Shown piece by piece: positions 26,251 through 40,775 of a stretch of 64,000 nt of DNA. Made by a program: the position numbers and the translations under genes. Source of the stretch: Octopus vulgaris (lineage: Eukaryota). Position 1 is the stretch's first letter. Every line of letters begins with the position of its first letter. The notes under the pieces were generated by a model that ran no database searches, was not told the origin of the DNA, and saw only the letters and a list, made by a program, of their open reading frames with translations. The stretch is taken from assembly GCA_951406725.2 (NCBI GenBank), contig OX597823.1:74400001-74464000 (forward strand), read 5' to 3'.

Positions 26251-27809
26251 TCTGCTAAAATCACTAAATAAATCTAAAGAGTTTTTTTTCTTTAACTAGA
26301 ATAAGGGATGTATCTATCGTTTGTTCACTGTCGGGGTTTTGGTGTATATATGCCGTGTAGGAGTTTGCTTTCACTGAGTCTCTAGGACTACATCCATTGC
26401 GAGGATGTTGGTGGCTGGTGGCACGTTTGCGAAACATGCTTGAAATGTTGGTAATCAGAGAGAGAAATAGAGAGAGATAGAGAGAGATAGAGAGGGGGGT
26501 GGGGAGGGAGTACCTTTCCATGAATAACAATATAGCAAATGAAGTGCCGATTGAGAATGTTTTGGTTGACGAAGAACCTCCAAGTGACTACACGTAAAGC
26601 AAGGATTTTTTGGTACAGAAGCTATGATTTCTAGATGCTTTGACATCTTTCCTGTGCTTAGTATTATGCATTTATTTCAAATTCATTATTTTAAACCTGT
26701 CCAAGTCATCAGTTATTAAATTGCTTCTATTCTGTTCAACTGAAATGTACTTTTGTATGTCACTGACATTTGCGCCTCAATGCAAAATCGTTATCGCATT
26801 ACACGTAAGTATAATGTTCATATTATGTTTAAAAGTGTGCTAATATTTGTAAGATGAAGAATCTTTTGCACTATACTATAAAAAGTGTGAGTTATTCATA
26901 TTTACAATGGTAGACGTTATACGAACTACCAACATAAAATATTACATTATGGGCGAGGCAGTCTAGAATTCATATGTTCACAAAATGACAAATATAAACT
27001 CTAAGTGTTATTTATATCCAACATTGGCGCATAAAAATTCAGGCATAATAAATTCTTGCTCCAAAGCGGTTTGCTGGTAATTCCAAATAGCTAGAATGTT
27101 TTAACTGACTCCATCAGTATCACACGACATTGTATAATTCATTTAAACGTTAGGATACGTTTGAGGTAAAGATTATTTTTGAGGCAATTATTATAAACTA
27201 TTGAATCATTTCCAATTTATAATTGGTACCGAGTTTCTAGACACTGTATTGATACAGAATTCCAAATCGCTTCATTTATCTTTTCAGCTCTAGCGTAAAA
27301 TAAAACCATTCATTTATATTGATTATTACACACCAATTACATATATATATATATTGTGTATATATGGAAATCTAATTCAACTCGTAAATATACTTCATTC
27401 GTAAGTTAAACTAAAGTATTTGCTGTATCATAATTATCAAGTAAGTCTGATACCCATCTCTGATTGTTGTGTGTTGAGTATTTTCCAGTGAAATAAACCT
27501 CTGGATAGTCGTTAAAACTATTACAGATAGCTTTTCAAATTTGTGTTGAATCGGCTGTTTAAATTAAATAACACGCTCGCTCACCATTTCAAGGACATTC
27601 ATGCCACTGTGATTTTGACAACCTATTTGTTACCCTAAAGTTCAGTCCATCTCCACTCTATGTAGATGGACATTACGACTTTTGTTGTCTTTAATATTTG
27701 TTGCAGCTATAATGGTATGATTATGCATGTATAATTGGATGGCTTTGCTTCAATCAACATACATTTGATTATTGATTTTGCAGATGGGGAAAACTAACCC
27801 ACTGTACGG

Positions 27810-27848
<39 letters not shown>

Positions 27849-30800
27849 ATATAGTGTCTTGATGAAATTCGACCAGTGAAATTATATATGTAATTAACAG
27901 ATAAAATCTTGTATTGTGTTTGAAATATATTAACGATATCATCAGATGATCAAAATCTTTGAGCAATATAAAAAAATACTCTAAATTCGGATGGCTGCAA
28001 CACATCCCTTCAGTGTTGTTACTCTGAGACGAATGAAAATAGAAAATATCTGCTGAAGCTTTTGTAAGAAAACATTTGACAAACAATATGATCTTTGAAA
28101 ATACAGCAGACATAATCTTTGTTACTTGCTCTGATTATATATGTAACGACATAATTTCAGTTCTAGTAAATTTGGAAAAGTATAATATAGTAAACGAACC
28201 ATCCACATTTAACGAACAGAAACTAAGAATAAAGACCCTGCATGATTGCGTACGCTTTGCTACAGGTCAATCAGCTGAAAAGATTCCATAATTTAACACC
28301 GAAGAGTGGTTATTATATGCAACATAGAAGAGAGCTTATCATAAGCACATAGTTCTATGAAATATGACATCGATAGTGATAAACGTTCTGTTGTTGTAAT
28401 TAAGTTTACTTTAGCGTATTCATTATTTTGATACAGATGTATAAAAAGATATTGAAGAGTGCTTTTAATTTCATTGTGCTTATGTCGATTATTGTAAATA
28501 TTTCTGGAAGCATTTAATAACTTGAGTATCTATCCAATTATAAAAAGATCAAATAGAAGTAGGTTGAAATCTAACAGCGCATCTAACAGCGCAATCGGAT
28601 GTGATACGTTTTAACATTAAAAAGACACTGCCTTAAAGTAAAAGGAAAGAACTACGGGGAAAATATTGTGTTAGAATGTGGAGACGACTTATTAGACATC
28701 GGATATAACGATTTCTGGTTCGGGAATAAGAGACGGTCGAATTTCTTAAACAATATGTCTGAAAAGACGAAAAATTGATTGAACTGAAAGAAATGTAAAC
28801 GGAAAAGACGGTGCGCTAAGAACGGGAAGTTGCACTTTTACAGAATTTGTATTCGTTTCGTGTTTACAATGTAGAATTTCTGAAAAGTAAATGCAGAATT
28901 AGAAAGCAAAACTGTCAATAAGAAATTATTGTAAATTTTCTTGAAGAAAAACAGACAAATCAATCTAATGTAGTTCGAAGATAGATGATAACGCAGACAG
29001 TAACTGTAATTTGAGCATGGCGGATTACGTTGCGATACGTATCTATATAACGAAATTGTATTTATTGCTATCGTGTTAGATACATAAGAATAGGAATGAA
29101 GATTTTACACGCTCGTTTATAATTTATACTGCTCGAGGAGTTATAAGGAAGCAAATAAAAGCAGGTGTACTTCGCATGTATAACAGAAAGCAAAAAGTAA
29201 AAGTTAAACTAAAACAGCGTCACTTTAGCAACAACTATGATTGAGTCAATAATGGTGTCGGAGGAAGTGTTCAAATACAAAGTGTTCTTGGTATGTTATT
29301 TGTTGACAGTAAACATTTAGAAAACTACAAATCAAAGATAAATTCGGATTTTAGGCAACTTCAGGGATGTATGTTTGTTTAGGACAAACACCTTACACGT
29401 TGGAACAGTTCATATTTGACTATACATGGCTATACAACATCAGACGCGTTACAAGTATTATCAAGAATACAATTATAGATTTTATTTGTTTGAGCGATAT
29501 ATAATATATAGCGTTTCTGACCGACTAAAAGGAAATGTGTGATCATTCTCTGAATTGAGTATATGCATACAAAATAACGGTGCGTAGATTATGATCCAAC
29601 GTAGGTGGAAAAACTGTAGACGACGCAGCTCGGTACATGCTTAATTGTAATTTGGAATACATGAAGCATAATAATTAGAAAATGCGCAGTTGTTAATAAT
29701 AGATTGTCATAGACGAAAATTCGAAGCCTCTGGTAATATCCCTTTCTTTGACATGTATTTTCCCAGGTTTTACTGGTTTATGACTAGTACTCCTCAGGTT
29801 ACAACAAATGGTCACTAACATTTGTTTTCTCCACATAACTCCATATTGCAGAACGAGAAAATAGAATTTCCTAATTTTCACTCCCATTTTACTAACAATA
29901 CAGAGTTAACAAAATCTTATAGAAAATAAAAGTTAAATTCCATGAAAATCTATACCATCGCTTTGTAATATCCTCTTAACAAATATTTGGAATTGCATTC
30001 TTGTTTGAGATACTTATTTCCTGATCCTAGAACAAACTTTCTACTCAGATTTCACTTCAAACTTGCTGCAAGGGAAATTACTGTTTCATAAGAAAGTCCA
30101 GTTCGACATATACATTCGGTGCCAATGAATTTATTCAAGTATAAGAGTCTCTGATAATGTAGTCATTCTGAATATAAAATAAGAATTCAATTATTTCGCT
30201 CAAAAGTTATACACATAACCTTCAAACTTTATCATCTATTTATGTAATCTGAAGTAATTTGCAAAGAATATAACTGCTGCTACTACCAACGACTGAGTAT
30301 AAGCGTCTTTATACAACTACATATCCTACATGTAACATTCCTTCCCTTCTACATTCACCCAGCCTCAACCTTATTGCTACTTACGTTAAACGTTAAATAA
30401 ATTACGTTGAAATATTCCCACATTGCAATCTTTTTAGCAAATCATTAGAGTTAGCCCACAAATTGTCCATATCAACCGCTGAAAACTCTCATTAGCCACT
30501 GACTATTAAGTCTCCTGGGATCTCTTTTCTACTTTAGTGACGACCTACATTATAATCACAATTGGATTATATTTATCCTATTGCACATTTGACTATAGAA
30601 CGAAAGGTGTTTCGTGACCCTTTCTATCTGCAAACCAGGGCTTTGATAACAAGAAATTCCTGGTGTTAGGTCATTTTGGGATCAATATCTGAAAACCAGA
30701 GTGCCATTTAAATGACCTTCACTAATAATAGTCATCTTAATTCAAGTTTTTATCCATTCTATGCCTTAGCTCTCATAAACGCTTTGTGCATACGTCTTAT

Positions 30801-32497
30801 GATATACAACTTCACGTGAAAGACAAATAAACACCATAAGCACATAACAAAAAATACACTCAGTACATACATTGAGATCACACTCAAAGTAGGCCAAACA
30901 AAGTAGGAATACTCTCCTGTGGCAAATCTTAATAAATAAAATTCAACTGGTATTATCTGAAAATCTACACATGGTTTCATTAGATAATTTCTGTGTATAT
31001 AACGTGAACTCTGCTGTTTCATAAACACAGTCATATACACGAACACATATTTATACATTTATTTGTATTTAGCAGTAAATGCGAAAATATTATCTGAACA
31101 TAAATTAATTCCCTACATGGCGTAAGGTTAAATATTGTATTTTACTCTGATCGTGCGAATAATTATAATATATGAGAAAAGCTGAAACGAATGGAATAAT
31201 GACAAAAGCACACACTCATAAATAGATGACTATATTTTATTATATTTGAAAATGCACATATAAGTATACACGTGCAACTATATATGTACATACGTACATA
31301 AATATACAGGCATACATGTACACACATATATAGGGAGATAAAGGGTGAGAGAAAGAAAAGAAAATGATAGAGGAGGAGAAGAAATAAGGTAGATGAACAC
31401 GGTAAAAGCCTGTGCTAAAATCATCAATAAGCCCCAGGACATTTCTCTATGTCTCAATTTGGATATTCTTGCTATATAATCATTAAAAGATAAGAAGCAA
31501 TAGTGTAGTAAATGTTTCACTGAACTGTTTCCTAAACAACGCCAAACAAAATTCCAATCAAGACTTTCTGCACTGCCTTTAGGCTATAATAAGGTTTGGT
31601 TTCTCATATATTTCAGAAAAATAGGTCATTATGTTGTTAGAACTAATACTAAATATATAAATTAGACAAACAATAGTTTAAAAGGAACGAAGAAAGAAAT
31701 AAGCGTATATACAAACCGGTAAACAGTATGATAGGTTTTTGGATACATTATTGTAGAACATTGCATGTAGACAACAAATAATGGAGGAAAATGATGCAAT
31801 ATGAAGTTATTAGGAAGAAAAGGAACAGAGAAAATTGTACTTTTGAACAGATCAGCAAAATGGCTGAATAAGAATGAACCAAGGTGGATGAAAACGTTAA
31901 TGATAATAATAGTGGTAGTGTTTACAGTAGATTGCTGTGGACTGACAAATCTACATAGCAGTAGATGTGGTTGCACCACCTGACGGTGTTTGGTTTACGT
32001 TCGTTATAACGATATTGATTTCTGTCTTAGACCCGATCTTAAATAATATGGACAATGGTTCAGTCGACTATATCACTTTCAGTGCTGGAACACCATTTAT
32101 GCTATTTCCCTGAAAACTGAGATGCAGCAGTTTCGATCTCACAATACTAGATAACACAAAATTCTACGATTTATTATAAATTCAGACCTGTAGCAACGCT
32201 GCTAGTACACCAATGACGCTTTACAACTAATTATTACTTAAGGCGACAGAATGCTTGCTACAAGATGTGCTTATATTTAAACAAGTTTCTGAATATATTA
32301 ACAAACATTAGTAACAGTCATAGCTTCTGTTGATTCTTGTGCTGCAATACAGATGAAACTAAAACATTGTAGAACACACAAACATCTATTTATCTACCTA
32401 TATAAAGATTGTTTAAGTTAGTACAGCTACATAATGTGCATCACCTCTTACTCTCCTTTTATCGTTGTTATATACCTCGTGCCATCTCATCGTACTC

Positions 32498-32670
32498 TTA
32501 ACCCGTTGGCATTTTGATTACTCTGTTAAATGAAATAATTATATACTCACATCACTTTGAATTAATCATCCATTATTTTGTAGCTTCAAGATTTCGATGA
32601 TGTAGTTACTTACTTTAAAAAAGCATTGTAGGATAAGTATGAGATGCGAGATCTGACTGGTTCAAACCAG
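32498..32670 (+). mobile_element. Possible piggyBac-type MITE fragment
   Basis: Begins TTAA|CCC; a similar start occurs near 35288. No right-hand TIR found. Confidence 0.3.
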
Positions 32671-32924
32671 TATTTCTGGCGACTATGGTTGGTGTAATTG
32701 CTAATGGGATACACCAATTCTCTGTTACATTCGGTAACATCGATGCTAGTCTTGAAACTGATTTGCAATTGATCAGCGTTGTTGGTAAATTGGTCAATAT
32801 AACCAAACACTAAAGACTACTCTTGGCATAGAATCTAGGTATACTCAGGCAGTTCAATAAATTTCTATTCGTGTCAATTTTAGAGGCATTTCCTTATAAT
32901 AAAACTTTCATAATTGATATATTT

Positions 32925-34660
32925 CACTGGTCAAAAAAAAGAAAGTTGAAATGGTGTCGAGACACCAAACATCTTTCTTTTAGCTAATTTGAAAATTACC
33001 TTTTTCTTGACCAGCTACCGTTTTTTCCTGTACAGAAATGCATAATTTTCTTAAAAAAAAACAAAACATTTTAAAAATGTCTTCTGTATATTTGATATTG
33101 ATCGATGGCAATATTTCTCAAAGTGAAATTGTAGAAACCTCTCAATTCGCATTTAAACCAGCAAATATTGGTCTGCTTATTTTGAAATACTATTTTTGCA
33201 ATAAGAATCAGCCCTTACGTCTTTAAAAATTAACAAGACCAACATGAATTTTCATCAAATCATTAAATAAACTAACAGCAGGAATAAAACCTTCGTGAAC
33301 ATAAGAACTATGGTAAGAATTTTCTCTTTCTTGATTGTCTGTCATGTTCAATGTCATTTAAGTCCCTTTTGATGCTCCAGAAGTAGTCAGCCATCATTCG
33401 TTTGTCCCACAAACCTTGGTAGCGCTCTTCCATTGTTTTGATATCCTAATGGAATCGTTCTCCTTGCTCATCACTCACATCGCCGCAATTATCTGGAAAT
33501 TCATCTAGATGGCTATGTAAAAATTAACCTTAAAATTCATATTAGCGCCTGTGTCCTGTGGATTTTCAATAGTTTTTCCACTAACTCCTTGTAGTTTTCG
33601 GCCCGACGATTACCTAAGAAGTTTTTCACCACGTCAAGAAACGATGTCCAAGCGCGTAATTCCAAGTCATTCACTGAATTAACAAATTCATCAACCTCAA
33701 TGAGTTTCCCAATACCAGGACCATCAAACGCTCCTGCTTTGAGTTTTTCGGTGTTAAGTCTTGGAAGCGATTTACATATATACTCAAAACATTTACTTTC
33801 TTTGTCGGGTGATTTTACATTCTGTTTCATTAATCCCAATCTGATATGCAAAGGAGGGAAGATGACTTTTTCTTTCGGAGCTATCGCTGCACTAATAAGT
33901 TTCTTTTCACTGACCTTCAACTCTCGGGGTGGCCAATATTTCATTTTCCAGTCCTCCTCTTTTGCTCTGCTGTCCCACATACACAAAAACATGGAAATTT
34001 CGTGTAGCCACTTTGTTGACCACACAGAAAATTTGCCATTTTCAAATCGACACATGACAAACAGTTATGTTTGGTGTAGTCAAACTGTTCCGTAACCTGT
34101 TTGATGGCACAATGTTTTTCTTTCAGTGTTGTTGAATGACCTATAGGTATTGGCGCATACATGCTGGTATTATGGAGCGAAACACATTTCACACTACGAT
34201 AGAACTATCAATGAACAATCTCCATTCATCAGGATCGTATTTGTGGACGCCTAGTAGATGAAAAATGCTCTCAACGTCATTGCAATGGTCAAGATCCGTA
34301 TTCTCATTAAAGAATGGTACAAATTATTCGGCATGCCCTATTTCGATAGAATGTTACCTTTGTATCTTTTGCTTACAGGTGCTTTTCGTTGAGCTTAGAG
34401 GCCAAATGTTCTGCTGATTCTTTGCTTAGATTTAAGTCCCGAACCAAATCATTCAGCTCATTTTGGTTAAAGGGATCTGGCACGGTTTCCGGAACATAGT
34501 CAGATAGTTTTTGCTGTATCTCTCATTTACGTAAGTAAATAAATTGAGTAATTTATTTATTTATATATATTATACAAATATTTCACATCAACCCAGATTT
34601 TCTACCTTTAAAAACAGGGTGCTACGTCCTTATTACTTGTGCGAATTTTTGCTGTCCTGG
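32925..34660 (-). mobile_element. Chapaev3-like (CMC) DNA transposon, decayed; transposase remnant at ~33340-34495
   Basis: FNQNELNDLVRDLNLSKESAEHLAS; WRLFIDSS; CVDLKMANFLCGQQSGYTK; WDSRAK; PPLHIRLGLMK; HSHLDEFPDNCGDVSDEQGERFH*DIKTMEERYQGLW..MMADYFW; terminus-like CACTGGTCAAAAAAA at 32925. The other end is uncertain. Confidence 0.8.
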
Positions 34661-35439
34661 TAACTGTTTATCTAATTTTTCTATGTTAATTGTAAACAAG
34701 GGAAAACACACGCAAATCCATTTATACATACATGCATACATAAATACATACATATATAAATACATACATATATACTTGCATAGAGAATTAATGCTACACT
34801 CATCAAATTCATTGGGTTCTGGTGAGAACCAAGCAGAATACTTCTACTTGGTTTTCACAAGAACACAATTACTCTGATGAGGGTAGCATTAATTATCTTG
34901 GTCGTTCAAATTTTCTAAACCGATCAATGGATCGATTGAGTAACTCAATCAATAAGGGGCCGATAATGATTACTTGAAACTGCTGTATGGAAAATTTGCT
35001 ACTATAAAGAAATATGTAATGACCATTATTTGTCTTTTCTTATGTACGTTTGAGAGTATGTACGTTTGTATCTGTATGTATACACACACACATGCATGTG
35101 TGTGCGCGTGTGTATATGTGTGTGAGTGTGTGTGTCTGTGTATGTGTCTAGTGTTAAATAGGGACTTAGATGATGGTGAGGCTACCACAGTACGTTCCCC
35201 TTACATTCTCGGATATTAGTCCAGTCGATAATTACATTGGATTATCAGAGTAATTTGTTTATCATTTTCCATTTATTTTAATCCTTATTAACTCATTAGC
35301 ACTTTAAGCAAATCCGTCAATAATATATTCACATTTCATTGTTTTATGGCTTCTTGTCAACTTTTAACTAGCTTGTCCATTATTTCACGGTAGAAATCCA
35401 TGATTTTGTCGGCAGGTATTGACTGAAAGAATTCGTCGA

Positions 35440-37200
35440 TCTATGTTTCAGACAATGCACTCTGAATTACCTGTGTCTATTTTCAAATATTTTCTCTCTC
35501 CCTGCCTCGCTTTGAAAGATCAGGATATATTCAGGAGTCTACTGAAATTTAAAAAATGCACTAAAATTACTCAAAAATGGCAACCTATCTTGTCCCACCA
35601 ACTAGTACCCTAACACTCACTTTCATCAGTTCAAATGTCATTAGGAACAACATTTGTTATCATTCTATATCCTCATCTTCAACTGCACGGCTTTGATATT
35701 ACTGGATTTCCCGAAGACTGCCTCTACTTAGTAACATACGAGCAGTCTCTTGGCCTCGAAAGATTCGGGGAAAACAACTTCAACATCAAGAAGGCAGTTC
35801 CATATGTCACGTATAAAAATCTCTTTCCAAAACCGCTTACATTAGGGGCTTTACATCAGATCGTAGCGCAGAGAGCGTGTTACGAGCTCTTTTTGATTCG
35901 CACTATAAATTTTGGTATCTCCTACTTTTGGCGTTTCCAACTTTACTCTTCATTCTATTAATCAATAATTTCTTTAGAAGTACTCACCGAAAACTCCATC
36001 TCCAACCGTCCAAACCCATACGGCAGACATCTAGATTCTTCTCTGATTCTATGAACAGAATCTTTAGGACGATCTCGTCAATTTTCTCTCTTTCAATACT
36101 TGAAGATACTTTTGCTGAACCTATTAAGGAAAAAATGAACAACACCCAGCTAAATCTGTTAAATGCGATACAAATCCGAGGCATCACATTCACTGAGAAA
36201 CTCTTCCCTTGACACTACATTTATAGCATTACAATAATTACACCAACAAATGGTAGTCCTTCTCTTTTGGCGCTAATCATTCATCAGCTCCTGTTGAATC
36301 TTAAAAGTGTGATGCTGGCCCCATTTCTTGGACTGTCTTTAATTTTGGCAGTTTGAATATTCCTGATACATTCATCTCTTTTTTTTATCATGCATGTATT
36401 GTCCTTCACAGAAACAAAGCCAGACAAAAACTCTGCACTAACTCCTATCCCCAGAACTTGTTCGTAAGAAGAACAGTCTTTCTAGAACTTCTTCCATGCA
36501 TTTGTACTTTTCACATCTTTCAAGTTTGATATATCCAGAAACATTCTTATCGTTTCAATCTAACTGATTTCATGGAGAGTGGAACAGCTATTGGCAGATC
36601 CTATTCCATCAATCCAAACTAATTATTAAAAAATCTCAATGTTGACCTGCAGCTGAACTTGCACAAGTGGTAGGAACTGCGACTTGACTTGAAATTTTCT
36701 GCTAATGCAATTACTATTTTTTTTTTACTTTCCCTTAAGAAGTATAGTAATCACAATATCCTATTTTGCTTTCCTTACTATATTGAGAATCTACACATCA
36801 TGTAATAATAATCAATTTTCATAAACGGAAATGCACGTATCTTAGAGCCAGATACACTTGTACTAAAATCATGTTTCAATATACCTCACTGATCACCTTG
36901 AGAACTGTCTTTGATCTAACAGTAGCAGAAATCAATACCTAAGTACAAATTAGTCACGTTCTGATATATTTCGATATATGCCTATTATATCGTAACTGAT
37001 CTCCGAAATTGTAATCATCTAACTACATCTCATTCCATTCTACATGGATGCTTTAATAAATCCGGATGCGAAGAATATTGATCGAAATATTCTCCAATCA
37101 TTTAGAACATCGGCAAACAAACCACAACATATTTCAAGGGATCTCATTATACAGAGACAGGGTCACCTCTAAGAAATCCACCACGAACAGCTTCGATTCT
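35440..37200 (+). pseudogene. Possible very old APE-type LINE (ORF1-like stretch plus start of endonuclease)
   Basis: Near-continuous frame at 35419-35961 (one stop); downstream NFGSLNI and MHVLSFTETK (~36340-36420) resemble APE motifs I and II. Weak. Confidence 0.3.
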
Positions 37201-38495
37201 TACAATAGTAACGACGATTAATTAGAACAAAGAGACACATAGGGTCAATGACTTCAACCGAATTGTTTGCCATCATACTTACATCGAAATGTGAGCATGT
37301 AGATTTTTATTAACAAAATAGAATTCAGAAATATACTCGCAATTTCAAGTCCACGCATAAACACATCTTCCTGGTAACCTTTAATTTCCGTTAAAGTTAT
37401 TGGAAAATTAATTGCTATAAGTATTAATGCTAATGATGCAAACATACCACAATTATACAAAACTGGATCAATTTCGGTGGGTATCAGAAACGTAAATTTA
37501 ATCTATCACTGCAATATATATTTAATAAAGGACGCTAACAGTGGTACTCACCAATAATAGGAAATATCTTAATTAGTACAGGTTTATTTCTATTTACAGT
37601 AATCCCTCAATTAAGAACCTCCCGCTTGATGATGCCTCAATTTACTGGCATTATTTTAATTATGACAAAAAAGTAATTAAGTACACAAGTATTGCGAAGC
37701 ATTCCTAATAATTACTATTAACGTTTAAACACGAGTCGGAGCCCCAATAATATACGTGTGAGTGTTTGTTCATCTATTCGGCCATTTAGTTTCTTTACGT
37801 CTCAAAGGCGTGCGCATGTTTCCTCCGCTGTCTTTTAACGTCAATACATTCGAGTCAATCCATTATGAAAAATTTGAAATGAATGATCTATGAATGGTAC
37901 CTCATGTTTATGTCTTTATTCACCCAGTGTATAGCAATGCCATTTCACATATTCAGTAGGTGAGAGATATTGCTAACCAGGTGCACCTCAGTGTTTGTAC
38001 AAATAATATGAATAATGTTTTTCTATCTCACAACAAAGAGTTCACAAATAAGACCTTTTTGAAAAGGAGGTACTTTATGACAAATCAGAACTGTATGGAA
38101 CAATGATATTGTTTCTCCTTACATTCTCACTGACTCGCGGAAGCTTTTTCTTTTACATATTCAAAACGAGATTGATACTTCGAAACGGCAATATCCAATT
38201 AGGAAAAAAGTTGGCGCAGATCCAAACAACAAACTTGAATCCTTCCTCAAGTGAATCAGATAATACGAGAGGCAGTGTGACATCATGTAAAGAATATAAA
38301 TTGAGCGTTAAAGAAATATTGGATAATGAATAATATCTACAGAAATTTATCTATTATTTGAAATGATCGTATATATCTAATTATACTTAATTTAGGTTTT
38401 ATTATCCCTGATTTAATATAAGAATATTTTATGTAAAATCAAATAATCCAGAATGTAAGCACTTTTTATAGCATTAAATCCCACATGAAATAATC

Positions 38496-38699
38496 TCACT
38501 TAAATATTGCTCTCTTAAATAATAAACAAATAGAAACAATTAAATCGCTAATCTCAGGTACTGCCGTATGTCCAAATTCTTAAGTTTAATAAGGGAATTC
38601 CGTTTTTAAACTTAAGAATTTGGATATACGGCAATACCTGGGATTACTTATTTAATTGTTTCCATTTGCTTATTGTTTAAGAGAGCAAACTTTAAGTGA
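38496..38699. repeat. ~100-bp-arm imperfect foldback abutting a PLE fragment
   Basis: TCACTTAAATATTGCTCTCTTAAA...CCAAATTCTTAAGTTTAA mirrors TTAAACTTAAGAATTTGG...TTTAAGAGAGCAAACTTTAAGTGA; axis near 38600. Confidence 0.85.
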
Positions 38700-39230
38700 T
38701 AGATTATGCTATTCTCAAAATTAAACTTATGACCCTTCACTGTAGAAGAAAGAGATACAAGACTGAGTGGTTTTGTGTAACCCTGGATCCTTAGTTCATC
38801 AGAGATTTTAAATACAGTGTCGTTAATAGCTTTCATAACATTCAGATAAGGTTTGCAGTAATCCATGGAAATGGCATAGAATAAAAATCGATTGTAAGAA
38901 CTTCTCTCAAATTGATACAAGATAACTCTCTTGTCATAATGGAAATGAAATGTACAGCATTAAACTCTCTGATCAGTTGTATCCTGTTTTCCGAATCCTG
39001 TTCGTATGGAGTAACCCTATTTCTGGATTTAACGATGCGAATGATTGCAAATAAATCATTCTTAACTAGAATCAATGCCGGATTACAAGTAGGACATTTA
39101 TACGATTTAAATCCAAATTTATCCCGTCGCTTATCATCTAGTGATTGCTTATCTAAATTGAAAGCTCGCCATCTTCTTTGAATAAGTGTATCCTTTTACT
39201 GAATAAATATTTTCCAGGTCTGGTTGGATA
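38700..39230 (-). pseudogene. Penelope-like (Naiad-like) ORF N-terminus, decayed
   Basis: LIQRRWRAFNL...KFGFKSYKCP...KNDLFAII; after a frameshift LYQFERSSYNRFL...TVKGHKFNFEN (cf. IKRMRWKA..YGFKS.KCP..ENDL..ITLKDHK.NF.N). Confidence 0.75.
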
Positions 39231-39289
39231 CAATGACAGAAGTGACAAAATCCCCAAATCCATAGGTTATCCAATGCAACTTATATGCA

Positions 39290-39345
39290 AAACTGCTGGA
39301 GAGAAAATTATTTAAAACTGTAAACCTACAAAATAGATAGTTAGC

Positions 39346-39422
<77 letters not shown>

Positions 39423-39585
39423 TTATTTATCTATTTATTTATTTATTTATTTATATGTATGTATAGTATGTATGGAAATAAATATATGCGTATTTAGCTA
39501 CACACAACATACATTTTTATACAGACACATACATCCACACCGACATATATACATATATAAAAATAGTTAGACATATATAAACATT

Positions 39586-39620
<35 letters not shown>

Positions 39621-40740
39621 TGAAATATATATATATATACGTACTGAAATAAATATATTTGATACTAAATACAATAGATAAATATAAACATAAATACATT
39701 CAATAATATTAATTGCTTTATAATAACAATGTGAGTCTTCAAATGTTAATCCAAAGATTTCATATACAATGAACGCAATTAAATTTCGCTTTCTAAAATT
39801 TTTCTAAAATTTGAACACGTTTGTTACTTTCACTTTCGCTAGATAACACCTATTTCTATTTGTCCGCTAAATTGCTGATGGACATTTCTAGAATCTTGTT
39901 ATAAATAGCATTCGAGCCTAACTCCAAAAAAGGGGGACACTATGCTGTCACGTCATGCTGTACAATCACAGTCTCCGTAGCTAAATTCGCTAAATTTGCG
40001 CACTATACCGGTCAGTGCCCAACTAGGTCTTAGATGAATGATATGAAAAAATGTACTGAAATGCCTCCAAATGTTATGTAATCACCGCCTCGTTCCATTT
40101 TTACACTTCGATAACTTGATATCTCATGTCCGTGAGCTGCACGCTGCTGCGTTAGAGTTTTATCATTACACTAGGGCGGGGCTTATTCTTTTTATAAATT
40201 GTTTGGTATAAGCTGGGGAAATGCCATTATCTTTGATATAAATTTGTAGTGCCTTTAATAACTAGTTTGATAAGTGCTAATGCAAGAAATATTCGGGCCT
40301 TGAGTCACGTTATTATTTCTGCTTAATATCAATAAAGAAAATATACTCATGAGTGTCATTTCTGTTTGCATCACTACAGATATCCACACAAATACCATAG
40401 GTTACACACAATGCAAATAGATTAAAACTATATATAAAACTGCTGGAGATAGAAATATACAAGATTAAGACTGTGAAACCTTACAAAATAGATATTTTAT
40501 TTGCATTATATTATATATATGTGTATATATATATATATGTATATATATATTATATATATATATGTGTACATATTTATTTATTTATCTATTTATTTATTTA
40601 TTTATTTATATGTATGTATAGTATGTATGGAAATAAATATATGCGTATTTAGCTACACACAACATACATTTTTATACAGACACATACATCCACACCGACA
40701 TATATACATATATAAAAATAGTTAGACATATATAAACATT

Positions 40741-40775
<35 letters not shown>

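Noticed and set aside
35400-39300. Endogenous viral element or host gene
   Set aside because: No viral hallmark motif is recognisable. 38700-39230 resolves as a PLE N-terminus, and the rest at best as a decayed LINE.
39200-39345. Minus-strand host exon after a good branch point and acceptor (ctaac..ttttgtag at 39326)
   Set aside because: All frames hit stops within ~45 codons and the downstream sequence is PLE-derived.
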